Source of the DNA: Myxococcota bacterium
GTDB lineage: Bacteria > Myxococcota_A > UBA9160 > UBA6930
Length of the DNA stretch: 64,000 nucleotides
Direction: 5' to 3'
Assembly (NCBI GenBank): GCA_965223415.1
Contig: OZ245002.1
Coordinates: 3,776,001 to 3,840,000 of the forward strand
The position numbers and the translations under genes were made by a program. Positions 9,501 to 18,184 of this stretch are shown in pieces. A model generated the notes under the pieces. It saw only the letters and a list, made by a program, of their open reading frames with translations. It had not been told where the DNA came from and did not search any database. Each line of letters begins with the position of its first letter. Within the stretch, counting starts at the first letter, position 1.

Positions 9501-11057
9501 GAGGACGCCGGCCTGTACCGGGACGCCGTCGGCGCCTCGCCACCAGCGGGCCTGCCCGAGGCCTTCCTCGAGCGCGTTCCCGACGCGGCCGAGCGCCTGC
9601 TCGTTCGTTATGCGCGGGTACATGGCCCCTTCGTGACGAGCCGCGTCGCCCACCGCTACGGCTGGCTCGCCTCCCAGGCCCAGGCCGTGCTGGCCGCTCT
9701 CGAGGCGCGGGGCAAGCTCCTCTCCGGCGAGTTCCATCCCGACGGCCGCGAGCGGGAGTGGTGCGAGCCCGAGGTGCTGCGGCGCATCCGTCGGCGCACC
9801 CTGGCCCGGCTGCGGGGCGAGGTGGCGGCGGTGGAGGCGGCCACCCTCGTCCACTTCCTGCCCGAGTGGCACGGCGTCGGCGCCCGGGGCGCGCCGGAAA
9901 CCCGGCTGGCCGAGACCCTCGACCAGCTCGAGGGCGTGCCGCTGCCCTTCTCGGAGCTGGAGCGAGCCATTCTCCCGGCACGAGTGCCCGAATTCGATCC
10001 GCGCATGCTCGACGAGCTCGGCGCCCTGGGCCAGCTGGCCTGGGTCGGCTGCGGGGCCCTCGGCGACCGGGACGGCCGGGTCGCGCTCTACCGGCGGGAG
10101 CGGATCGGCCTGCTCGTCGAGGAGGCGCCGCTTCCCGAGAGCGCCACGGCGCTGCACCGGGCGATCCTCGATCATCTCGAAGCGCGCGGCGCTTCCTTCT
10201 TCACGGAGCTGGGTCAGGCCACGGGCGAGGGCGCCGCCGACGAGCTGCTGCACGCCCTCTGGGATCTGGTCTGGGCCGGTCTCGTCACGAACGATACCCT
10301 CGCGCCGCTGCGCGGCCTGGCCGTGCGGGCGGCGCCGCGGCGGCGCGGGGCCCGGGCGCTGCCGTCGGCGGCGGCGGGCCGCTGGTCCCTCGTATCGGCG
10401 CTCCTCCACGACGACGCGGATCCCACCGCGCGGGCCCACGCCCGGGCGCTCCAGCTCCTCGAGCGGCACGGTGTGGCGAGCCGCGACGTCTTGGCGCTCG
10501 AGTCCCTGCCGGGGGGCTGGAGCGCGCTTTACCCGGTCTACCGGGAGATGGAGGAGATGGGCAAGCTGCGCCGCGGCCACTTCGTCGAAGGCTACAGCGG
10601 CGCCCAGTTCGCCTATGCCGGCGCCGTGGATCGTCTTCGCGCCGCTCGCCACTTCGGCGACGAGCCGGTGGTGCGGGTGCTCGCCGCCGGCGACCCCGCC
10701 CAGCCCTTCGGTGCCCTGGTCCCGTGGCCCACGCCGCGCAGCGAGCGCGCCCGCCCGCGCCGCAGCGCCGGCGCCCGGGTCGTGCTCGTCGACGGAGAGC
10801 TGATCCTCTTCCTCGACGGCTCCGGCCGGCGCGTGTGGAGCTTCCCCGCCGCCGACGAGAGTCGGGGCGACGAGATCCTCACCCGCGCCGTCCGCGCCCT
10901 CCACCGGCTCTTCGACGATCGCACCCGCCGTGCCCTGCGCATCGAGGAGATCGACGCCGAGCCCGCCGCCCGCTCCGCCCTCGCCGATCCCTTCACCCGC
11001 GCCGGCTTCCGCCCCAGCTACAAGGGCCTCGAGCTCGACCGCTCCACCCGCCCCTGA
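6546..11057 (+). CDS. lhr: Lhr-family large ATP-dependent helicase (long form with C-terminal extension)
   Basis: APTGSGKT, YVSPLKAL, DEIH, GLSAT, ATSSLELGIDMG, QRVGRAGH, GGTIPDRG; about 1500 aa. Confidence 0.92.
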   Translation: MAAPASPVLSAFGEPARRWFEASFDGPTAVQEEGWAHIHAGAHALLIAPTGSGKTLAAFFACLDRLGQEPEGPDRPAGVRVLYVSPLKALVYDIERNLRAPRVGIQQMAERIGRPQAFRAPRVAVRTGDTSQRERRAQARDPADLLITTPESLYLILGSRQRETLCTVDTIIIDEIHALAPTKRGAHLALSLERITALTGERDPQRIGLSATARPAEEVARFLGGDRPVEIVDTSRTPLLDLTLSVPVPDMTRPADFKPPHASEPDVPDGADESSGSTLGRLLAPPADDADTSLWPAIYPELLEEIRAHRSTILFVNSRGLCERLAQRLNEMAGEDLVRAHHGSIAHEQRKEIEESLKRGTLRAIVATSSLELGIDMGAVDLVLMVESPGAVARGLQRVGRAGHQVGVPSKGRVFPKHRGDLLEATVVAAGMRQGEVEPIRVPRNPLDVLAQQIVAMASKDVWEVEALARALARTASFRDLSRDLLHAVLDMLSGRYPSTEFAELRPRILWDREGDRIEARRGAGKIALLSGGTIPDRGLYAVHLGADGPRIGELDEEMVHESRAGEVVTLGASSWRITEITRDRVVVQPAPGEAGRLPFWRGEGPGRPIELGRALGRFVRELAERCREAGSGELHEGRAAGEAWLSEAFALDEYAARNLVDYVVDQHESTGALPTDRAITVERFRDELGDWRVCLLSPFGSRLHAPWALAIEARLAAEKGYEVQTLWSDDGIVLRFADAEELPPVSAFLPEPEEVQDLIVGQLERSALFAGQFRENAARALLLPRWRPGGRTPLWTQRLRAQSLLAVAREFPSFPIMLETYRACLQDVFDLPGLVDLLTAIRSRRVRVDDVETRQASPFARSLVFAYTAVYLYQGDTPVAERRAQALTLDRDMLRDLLGQEELRELLDAAVIEETEADLQGLSADRRARHADALHDLLRRVGDLGPDELALRCEGDAGAWLGELEVSRRAARLKVGGEERWIAAEDAGLYRDAVGASPPAGLPEAFLERVPDAAERLLVRYARVHGPFVTSRVAHRYGWLASQAQAVLAALEARGKLLSGEFHPDGREREWCEPEVLRRIRRRTLARLRGEVAAVEAATLVHFLPEWHGVGARGAPETRLAETLDQLEGVPLPFSELERAILPARVPEFDPRMLDELGALGQLAWVGCGALGDRDGRVALYRRERIGLLVEEAPLPESATALHRAILDHLEARGASFFTELGQATGEGAADELLHALWDLVWAGLVTNDTLAPLRGLAVRAAPRRRGARALPSAAAGRWSLVSALLHDDADPTARAHARALQLLERHGVASRDVLALESLPGGWSALYPVYREMEEMGKLRRGHFVEGYSGAQFAYAGAVDRLRAARHFGDEPVVRVLAAGDPAQPFGALVPWPTPRSERARPRRSAGARVVLVDGELILFLDGSGRRVWSFPAADESRGDEILTRAVRALHRLFDDRTRRALRIEEIDAEPAARSALADPFTRAGFRPSYKGLELDRSTRP

Positions 11058-11065
11058 GACCCAAG

Positions 11066-11139
11066 AACGCAAGAGTGGGGACGTTCCTTGCAACTTGCGC
11101 AATTGCGCAAGTTGCAAGGAACGTCCCCACTCTTGCGTT
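11066..11139. repeat. Perfect 74-bp palindrome containing family A cores, between convergent genes
   Basis: AACGCAAGAGTGGGGACGTTCCTTGCAACTTGCGCAA|TTGCGCAAGTTGCAAGGAACGTCCCCACTCTTGCGTT. Confidence 0.9.
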
Positions 11140-11140
11140 T

Positions 11141-11620
11141 CTAGGGTTCGAGGAGGGTGTCGAGGGCCGGCCAGTCGACGGCGCTCTGGGCGGCGAAGGC
11201 CTCGAGGAGGAGGGGGCGGTCGGCGTCGTCGGGGCCGGCGGCCCGGAAGGTTTCGACGGCCTTGGCGAGGACGTCCTGGGCCGGGCAGTCGGGCTGGTCC
11301 TGCTGGAGGGTGCCTTCTTCGTGCTCGATGCCGAGCAGATCGAGCCACTCGGTGAGGAGCTCCTTGCGCGATTCGAGGAAGTAGGCGGCCAGCACCTCTT
11401 CGGCCAGGGCGCTGGCGGCGACCCGGGCGAGAGAGCGGCGCACCATCTGGGCACGTTTGCCGGCGGGGAGGCTCATCACGAAGCGCGGGCGCGCCTTCAT
11501 GACGGCGCTCGCCGCGGCGACGGCCTGGGTGTACACCGCGGGCGCCTGCTCCTGGATTCGTCCCAGCAGCTCGGTGGCCCGCTCCGGGCTCATGCGCGCG
11601 AAGACCTGATACGCCTTCAT
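11141..11620 (-). CDS. Hypothetical protein (159 aa)
   Basis: MKAYQVFARM start overlaps the upstream stop; protein-like composition (WLDLLGIEHEEG). Confidence 0.75.
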   Translation of the reverse strand: MKAYQVFARMSPERATELLGRIQEQAPAVYTQAVAAASAVMKARPRFVMSLPAGKRAQMVRRSLARVAASALAEEVLAAYFLESRKELLTEWLDLLGIEHEEGTLQQDQPDCPAQDVLAKAVETFRAAGPDDADRPLLLEAFAAQSAVDWPALDTLLEP

Positions 11621-12519
11621 GTCGATCCTCCAGGCTCCGCGTTGTAGCAGCCGTAGAGAGCGGCGGCGATGGTCAGCACGAGGCCCGCTGCGAGGGCGGA
11701 ATGGAGCCCCGTCATCTCGACCGGAATCCCGAGCACGACGTTGAGGATGCCGACGACCATCTGGACGAGGCCCAGGACCGCCGCCCAGCCGGTCCGGCGG
11801 CCGACCCGTGGCACACCCCGGGTGCGCCACGCTGCGGCCAGGAGCGCGAACACCAGCAGGTAGCCGTTCATGCGATGGAGCAGGTGCACACCGACGCTGC
11901 CGCGCCAGGAGGGAAACCAACGGCCGCCGTTGCAGGTGGGCCACTCGGGGCACGCCAGCCCGGCGTAGCCCGACGCGACCAGGCCGCCCAGCAGCACCTG
12001 CAGGGCCAACAGCGCGGCGACGGCCCATACCCACCGTCGCACCGCCGCCGGTGCGGGCGCGAAGCGCCGCGCATGGGCCACGTCGACCAGGCGCAGGGCC
12101 AGGATCAGGAGGGCCGCGTTGAAGGCGTTGCCCGTCAGCAGGTGCGAGGTGACCGTCCACTCCGCCAGGAGCTGCCACACCGTGAGGGCGCCCAGCAGCA
12201 CCTGGGCCGCGAGGAGCAGCCCGCCGACCAGGACCAGTCGACCGGCGGCGGCCCGGGCCTCCGGCCGCAGGAACACCGCCGTCGCCAGGCCGGCGAAGAG
12301 CAGGCCCACGCTTCCGGCCAGCACCCGGTGGCTCCACTCGAAGGCGACCTTGAGGTCGAACTCGGGGATGGCCCGGCCGAAGCAGAGCGGCCAATCCGGG
12401 CAGGCGAGCCCGGCTCCGTGGGCCCGGACCAGGGCCCCCAGGACGATCAGCACGCTGGTCAGGGCGACCAGGCCGGCCACGCCCCGAGCCAGCGCCGGGG
12501 TTCGAGGGAGCATCTGCAT
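11617..12519 (-). CDS. ctaA: Heme A synthase (COX15/CtaA family)
   Basis: GLACPDWPLC, EWSHR, second GLACPEWPTC, HLLHR; multiple TM helices. Confidence 0.9.
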   Translation of the reverse strand: MQMLPRTPALARGVAGLVALTSVLIVLGALVRAHGAGLACPDWPLCFGRAIPEFDLKVAFEWSHRVLAGSVGLLFAGLATAVFLRPEARAAAGRLVLVGGLLLAAQVLLGALTVWQLLAEWTVTSHLLTGNAFNAALLILALRLVDVAHARRFAPAPAAVRRWVWAVAALLALQVLLGGLVASGYAGLACPEWPTCNGGRWFPSWRGSVGVHLLHRMNGYLLVFALLAAAWRTRGVPRVGRRTGWAAVLGLVQMVVGILNVVLGIPVEMTGLHSALAAGLVLTIAAALYGCYNAEPGGST

Positions 12520-12662
12520 GGGGGAGGGCGTACGGTAGGGGATGGCCGGGGCCGGGCAACAAACGGGCGTTTCCGGGGGCTTGGCCCGGGGAGCTGCGGC
12601 AGCTTGGGGATTGGGGCTCTTTCACTTCAGTCGGCCCCCGATCCCGCCGATGACGGAGGGCG

Positions 12663-13076
12663 ATGACCGCGTTGACCACTCCCTTGCCGTCGAAGGACGA
12701 CCCGCGCCACCTGCGCGGGCTGTTCGATCGCGCCACCGAGCTCGCTCAGCAGCACGGTGTCACGTCCGTGTTCGTCGGCATCGCCGGGGACGAGGCGGAC
12801 CTCCTCGCGCCGGAGTTCATCGATTACGTCGAGAGCGCGCTGCGGGTGGAGGACTGGGTGTTCCGGCTGCTGCGCGGCCGCGCGGTGCTGCTGCTGGCGG
12901 ACGTCGACCGGAACAGGGCGGCGTCGGTGATGGAGCGCATCCGGGATGAGTTCACGGCGCAGTTCGCGCCGCGGGACGGCTTCGAGGTGGCCCTCGGCTA
13001 CTTCCAGGTGGAGCCGGGACCCACCGCGGCGATCGCCAAGACGATCCTGCCGATCATCTTCGAATCGGCGAACTAA
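12663..13076 (+). CDS. Small protein, possible degenerate GGDEF-like fold
   Basis: LRVEDWVFRL...AVLLL...AASVMERIR pattern resembles the GGDEF fold but the GG(D/E)EF motif is absent. Confidence 0.55.
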   Translation: MTALTTPLPSKDDPRHLRGLFDRATELAQQHGVTSVFVGIAGDEADLLAPEFIDYVESALRVEDWVFRLLRGRAVLLLADVDRNRAASVMERIRDEFTAQFAPRDGFEVALGYFQVEPGPTAAIAKTILPIIFESAN

Positions 13077-13984
13077 CGTTCGAGCTCGGCCGCCAGGGCC
13101 GAGGCCAGCGTCGGGTGCCGAAAGCGGAACCCCGCCCGCTCGGCCGCTGCCGGCACGACGCGCTTGCTTCCCAGGAGCTCGCCGGCCAGGGGCCCCAGCG
13201 CGGCCTTCACGGCGAAGGCGGGAACCGCCATCACGGCGGGACGGCCGAGGGTCTCGCCCAGGCTCCGGGTGTACTCCCGGTTGCGGACGGGCTCGGGCGC
13301 CGTGGCGTTGACCGCGCCCGAGAAGGCCTCGTTCTCCACGGCGTGGCGCAGCAGACCCACCGCGTCGTCCACGTGGATCCACGAGAACCACTGCTCCCCG
13401 CTGCCGAGCCGACCGCCCAGCCCGAGGCGGAAGGCCGGCGCCATCAGGGCCAGGGCGCCCCCCTCTCGCGCCAGCACGATGCCGAAGCGCAGGGAGACCC
13501 GCCGCACGCCGAGGGCTTCGACCCGGGCGGCCTCGGCCTCCCAGGCGACGCAGAGATCGGCGAGGAAGCCGCGGCCCGGCGCCGCGTCCTCGCGCAGCTC
13601 CAGGTCGCCGCGCTCGCCGTAGTAGCCGATCGCGGAGGCGCAGACGAGCACGCGCGGGCGCTCGGCCTCGGGCAGCGCCTCGATCGCGCCCACCAGGGCA
13701 CGGGTGGAGTCGATCCGACTCGCGAGGAGTCTCGCCCGGCGCGCTGCGGTGGGGAGGCCTCCGAAGATCGGCTCGCCCGCCAGGTGGACCGCGGCGGTGG
13801 TGCCCCGAAGGCTCTCCGCATCCACCCGCAGGCCGTCCCAGGCCAGCGTCTCCACGCCGGCCGAGGGGGGCCGGGCCCGGCGGCTCAGCTTCCGGACCGT
13901 CCAGCCCCCCGCCACCAGCTGCGGGACGAGCCGCCCCCCGAGCAGGCCGGTCCCTCCGCTCAGCCAGAGGGTGCGCGCGGTCAT
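13073..13984 (-). CDS. TIGR01777/YfcH-like NAD(P)-binding epimerase family protein
   Basis: SGGTGLLG, HLAGEPI, SAIGYYG, FLADLCVAWE, WIHVDD, VNATAPEPV. Confidence 0.9.
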   Translation of the reverse strand: MTARTLWLSGGTGLLGGRLVPQLVAGGWTVRKLSRRARPPSAGVETLAWDGLRVDAESLRGTTAAVHLAGEPIFGGLPTAARRARLLASRIDSTRALVGAIEALPEAERPRVLVCASAIGYYGERGDLELREDAAPGRGFLADLCVAWEAEAARVEALGVRRVSLRFGIVLAREGGALALMAPAFRLGLGGRLGSGEQWFSWIHVDDAVGLLRHAVENEAFSGAVNATAPEPVRNREYTRSLGETLGRPAVMAVPAFAVKAALGPLAGELLGSKRVVPAAAERAGFRFRHPTLASALAAELER

Positions 13985-14982
13985 CGGCTCCGGGCCGGGG
14001 CGAAGGCCTCGAGCATGCGCACCGCATCCTCGGCGCGGGCGGCGAGGGGGGCGAGCACCGGCGTGGTGACGCCGGCCTCGACGAAGGCCGCCAGCTTCTC
14101 CCGGCACTCGCCCTCGTTCCCGAGGATGACGATTCGGTCGATCAGGTCGTCGTGGATGGCCTTGCCCACCGCCTCGCGGTCGCGCCGGGCGAAGCCCTCC
14201 CGGATCGCCTTGGCTTCTTCTTCGTAGCCGCACCAGGCGATGAACTTGTTGTAGACCGGCTGGGCCAGGTAGCCGCCGAAGCCCGCCCGTACGATGTTGC
14301 GGGCCACCGGCACGTCGTCGGTGACGGCGATCTGGAAGCGGCTCACCACCTCGTCCCGGGTCGCGTCGCGGCCCGCCTCCTCGGCGCCCACCCGGTAGGC
14401 GCGGACGATCTGCTCCATCGCTTCCAGGGGCTGGAAGTTGATGATCAGCCCCTCGCCGACCGCACCGGCGAGCTTCAGCATCTTCTCGCGCAGGGCGGCC
14501 AGGTAGATCGGTACCGGCTCGGGCGGAACGCAGCCCAGGCGAAAGCCCTTCGAGCGCAGGCGCTCGCCTTCGTAGCCGGTCTTCTCGCCCGCGAGGGCCT
14601 GGCGCAGGATCGCCACCGCGTCCTTCACGGTCGTGAGCGGCGCCTCGAAGGGCACGCCGTTCCAGTCGCCGATGATGGCGTGGCTCGACGAGCCCACCCC
14701 GAGCCGGAAGCGCCCGGGCGCGAGCTGGCCCAGGGTGCCGGCGCTCATGGCGAGCACGGCCGGCGTGCGGTTGTAGACCGGCACGATCGCCGTGCCCAGG
14801 GTGAGGGTGCTCGTCGCCTGGAGCACCGCCCCAGCCAGGGTGAAGGAGTCCGGGCCGGCGGTCTCGGCCATCCAGATGGCTTCGTAGCCCCAGTCCTGCT
14901 CTGCGCGCTTCGCGAGCTCGACGGAGGTGCGCGCGTCGCCGAAGGGCAGCGTGAAGGCGAGGGTTCCGAGGGGGCCCGCCAT
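13981..14982 (-). CDS. LLM-class (luciferase-like) flavin/F420-dependent oxidoreductase
   Basis: IWMAE, LGTAIVPVYNRTP, GRFRLGVG, PIYLAAL. Confidence 0.85.
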   Translation of the reverse strand: MAGPLGTLAFTLPFGDARTSVELAKRAEQDWGYEAIWMAETAGPDSFTLAGAVLQATSTLTLGTAIVPVYNRTPAVLAMSAGTLGQLAPGRFRLGVGSSSHAIIGDWNGVPFEAPLTTVKDAVAILRQALAGEKTGYEGERLRSKGFRLGCVPPEPVPIYLAALREKMLKLAGAVGEGLIINFQPLEAMEQIVRAYRVGAEEAGRDATRDEVVSRFQIAVTDDVPVARNIVRAGFGGYLAQPVYNKFIAWCGYEEEAKAIREGFARRDREAVGKAIHDDLIDRIVILGNEGECREKLAAFVEAGVTTPVLAPLAARAEDAVRMLEAFAPARSR

Positions 14983-14983
14983 C

Positions 14984-15754
14984 CTACTTGGGCTGCATGC
15001 GAATGGCGCCGTCGAGACGGATCACCTCGCCGTTCAGCATGGGATTCTCGAGGATGTGACAGGCCAGGGCGGCGAACTCGGCCGGCTCGCCGAGCCGCGG
15101 CGGGAAGGGAATCGAGCGGCCCAGGGCCTCGCGGGCCGGCTCGGGTAGTCCCATCAGCATCGGCGTCGCGAACAGCCCCGGTGCGATCGTGCAGACCCGG
15201 ATGCCCGAGACCGAGAGATCCCGGGCGATCGGCAGGGTCATTCCGACCACGCCGCCCTTCGAAGCCGAGTAGGCGCACTGGCCGATCTGCCCCTCGAAGG
15301 CCGCGACCGACGCGGTGTTCACCACGGCGCCGCGCTCGCCGGCGGGGTTCGGCTCGTTCCCGACCATGCGCGCCGCCGCGAGGCGGATCACGTTGAAGGT
15401 GCCGATCAGGTTCACCTCGATCGTCTTGCGGAAGAGTCCCAGGTCGAAGGGGGAGCCGTCCTTGCCGACGGTGCGGCCGGCGGTGCCGATGCCCGCGCAG
15501 TTGATCGCCGCCCGCAGGGGGCCGAGCTCCTCGGTGGCGCGATCGAGAGCCGCGCCCACCTGCGGCTCGTCGGAGACGTCCGCCTCGCAGAAGATCGCCC
15601 CAGCGCCGAGCTCCTTCGCGATCGTCTCTCCGTTCGAGCGACCGAGGTCGAGGATCGCCACCTTGCCGCCCCGGGCGACGATCTCCCGCGCGGTCGCTTC
15701 CCCGAGGCCCGAGCCCCCACCCGTGACCGCGGCCACGACTTGTCCCACGTCCAT
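14984..15754 (-). CDS. SDR, 3-hydroxyacyl-CoA dehydrogenase type II-like
   Basis: [43 protein letters not shown]. Confidence 0.9.
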   Translation of the reverse strand: MDVGQVVAAVTGGGSGLGEATAREIVARGGKVAILDLGRSNGETIAKELGAGAIFCEADVSDEPQVGAALDRATEELGPLRAAINCAGIGTAGRTVGKDGSPFDLGLFRKTIEVNLIGTFNVIRLAAARMVGNEPNPAGERGAVVNTASVAAFEGQIGQCAYSASKGGVVGMTLPIARDLSVSGIRVCTIAPGLFATPMLMGLPEPAREALGRSIPFPPRLGEPAEFAALACHILENPMLNGEVIRLDGAIRMQPK

Positions 15755-15830
15755 CCGGACCTCCTCGCTGGGGCGCTGAGCGTACGCTGGCTGATGCTTC
15801 GACTCAAGCGGTCCAGCTCGTTGCGGGCGT

Positions 15831-16610
15831 TCAGGCGTTGGCGTCGAGCAGCAGGCCGAGCTGTGCCGCCCACGGCCCCGGCGCACCGTCGCCGACGGGG
15901 CGTCCGTCCAGGGCGACGATCGAGCGGGCGCCGCGCACGGAGTTGACGGCGATCAGCTCTTCGGCCCGGGGGAGGTCGGTGGCGGCGACGTCCGCCTCCT
16001 CGAGCTCGGGCAGGTGGTCGCGCAGGATCGCACGGGCGACGCCCTGGACGGCCCCCCGCGCGAGCGGCGGCGTCACCAGGCGGCCCGAGGCCAGGGCGAC
16101 GACGAGGTTGCTTCGCGAGCCCTCCACCGCCACGCCGTCCGCGTTCACGAGCAGCGCCTCGTCCCAGCCGCGCTCGGTCGCCTCGCGCTTCGCCCGGTCG
16201 AAGGCCGCCCGGTCGGCGCGCTTGGCGCCGACCTCGTCCCGGGGCCCCGGGTGGGGCTCCGCCGCGATCCCGACGCTCCAGGTCGCGGGCTCCGGGCCGA
16301 CCTCGCGGGGCGTGCCGAGCCAAACCACACCGCCGGCGCCCGCCCGGGCTTCGAGCCGCACGATGCCCTCGCCCTCGTCGCCGAAGTGACGCCGGGCCAG
16401 GTCCAGCAGTGCCTGCTGCGCCAGCGCCGGGTCGATCTCCCCGAGGCCCAGGGCAGAGGCGTCCCGGACCCAGCGGGCGACGACCCGGGCCCGGTGGCGC
16501 AGCCGGCCCGCCACGAAGCGGCCGGTCGTGTAGCAGCGCGGGCCGGGCAGCGGGGAGTGCTCCTCCCAGCCGCACCAGCGGCCGTCCTTCCAGCGAAGGG
16601 TGTCCGAGAC
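15831..16610 (-). CDS. Aminotransferase class IV family protein (PabC/IlvE-like); start uncertain
   Basis: GAK (candidate PLP Lys), [32 protein letters not shown]; first GTG at 16514 but the frame is open to 16616. Confidence 0.75.
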   Translation of the reverse strand, partial: VSDTLRWKDGRWCGWEEHSPLPGPRCYTTGRFVAGRLRHRARVVARWVRDASALGLGEIDPALAQQALLDLARRHFGDEGEGIVRLEARAGAGGVVWLGTPREVGPEPATWSVGIAAEPHPGPRDEVGAKRADRAAFDRAKREATERGWDEALLVNADGVAVEGSRSNLVVALASGRLVTPPLARGAVQGVARAILRDHLPELEEADVAATDLPRAEELIAVNSVRGARSIVALDGRPVGDGAPGPWAAQLGLLLDANA

Positions 16611-16616
16611 GCGCCC

Positions 16617-17900
16617 CTAGCGTTCCGCGATCGGAACGATGGCCCGCTCGTTCGCGCCGGTGTAGACCTGGCGCGGCCGACCGATCTTGTGCCGGTGCTC
16701 GTGCATCTCGGCCCACTGGGCGATCCACCCGGGCAGCCGCCCGATGGCGAACATCGCCGTGAACATGCTCTCCGGCGTGCCGATCGCGTTGTAGATGACG
16801 CCTGAATAGAAATCGACGTTCGGGTAGAGCTTCCTCTCGACGAAGTACTCGTCCTTCAGCGCCAGCTCCTCCAGCTCCACGGCGATCTCGAGCAGCTTGC
16901 TGTGCACGCCCAGCCGCGCGAGCACGTCGAAGCAGGCCTTCTTGATGATCTTCGCCCGCGGGTCGAAGTTCTTGTAGACCCGGTGGCCGAAGCCCATCAG
17001 CCGCGAGGTGTCGTCGCGGCTCTTGGCCCGGTCGACGAAGTCCTTGGCGGTGATGCCCTCCTCGGCGATGGCCTGGAGCATCTCGATCACCTCCTGGTTG
17101 GCGCCGCCGTGGCGCGGGCCCCAGAGGGCGTTGATGCCCGCGGAGATCGAGGCGAAGAGGTTCACGTGGGACGAGCCCACGAGCCGCACGGTGCTGGTCG
17201 AGCAGTTCTGCTCGTGATCGGCGTGGAGGATGAAGAGCAGGTCCAGCGCCTTCTCCACCACCGGGTCCACCTCGAAGGGCTCGCAAGGCGTGGCGAACAT
17301 CAGATGGAGGAAGTTCCCGACGTAGGAGAGCCGGTTGTCGGGATACATGAAGGGCTGCCCGGTCGCGTGCTTGTAGGCGTAGGACGCGATGGTGGGCAGC
17401 TTCGCGATCAGGCGGTGGATGCCGATCTCGACCTCGCGCGGATCACGGGGGTCGAGGGAATCCGGATAGAAGGTCGCGAGGGACGCGCAGGCCGCGGAGC
17501 AGGCCGCCATCGGGTGCGCGTCCTTCGGCATCGCCCGGTAGAACAGCCGGAAGTCCTCGTGGACCATCGTGTGGTAGCGGATCGAATCGCGGAAGGCCTC
17601 GAGCTGCTCCCGGTTCGGAAGCTCGCCTTCGATCAGCAGGTAGGCGGTCTCCAGGAAGGAGCACTTCTCGGCGATCTCGGCGATGTCGTAGCCGCGATAG
17701 CGGAGGATGCCCTTCTCCCCGTTGATGAAGGTGATGGAGCTCTCGCAGGAGCCGGTGTTGGCATAGCCCGGGTCCAGGGTGATGAGTCCGGTCTTGGCGC
17801 GGAGCTCCTCGATGTCGAGGGCGCGCTCACCCTCCGATCCTTCGACCACCTCGAGCTCGACCGTCTGATCCCCGATGCGCAGCTCTGCCTTCTCACCCAT
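16617..17900 (-). CDS. gltA: Citrate synthase (type II)
   Basis: DPGYANTGSC, ILHADHEQNCST, HGGANQ, LMGFGHRVYKNFDPRA, PNVDFYSG. Confidence 0.97.
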   Translation of the reverse strand: MGEKAELRIGDQTVELEVVEGSEGERALDIEELRAKTGLITLDPGYANTGSCESSITFINGEKGILRYRGYDIAEIAEKCSFLETAYLLIEGELPNREQLEAFRDSIRYHTMVHEDFRLFYRAMPKDAHPMAACSAACASLATFYPDSLDPRDPREVEIGIHRLIAKLPTIASYAYKHATGQPFMYPDNRLSYVGNFLHLMFATPCEPFEVDPVVEKALDLLFILHADHEQNCSTSTVRLVGSSHVNLFASISAGINALWGPRHGGANQEVIEMLQAIAEEGITAKDFVDRAKSRDDTSRLMGFGHRVYKNFDPRAKIIKKACFDVLARLGVHSKLLEIAVELEELALKDEYFVERKLYPNVDFYSGVIYNAIGTPESMFTAMFAIGRLPGWIAQWAEMHEHRHKIGRPRQVYTGANERAIVPIAER

Positions 17901-18184
17901 GGCGGATTCCCCTCCTGTGGTAGGCCGGCTCCGCGATGCGTACGACGACCGCCGGCTTCGAGGGCTGGGCTGGTCGCGTCGGGCGGGCCGGACGCGTTCG
18001 ACGTCCTGTCGGCTGAAACCGCGCCGCAAGTTAGCCGATGACGCTCCGCGCCGACAGGCGACGAAACGCTGATTCCGTCGGTAAAGCAAGGACTTCGGCG
18101 CAGCGCGTCGACGCAATGCGCCATTGGGGGGGGCCCGGATCGCCGGGGAGCCCGGAGCGGGCCCGTTGGGAACCCCGAGCTGCC

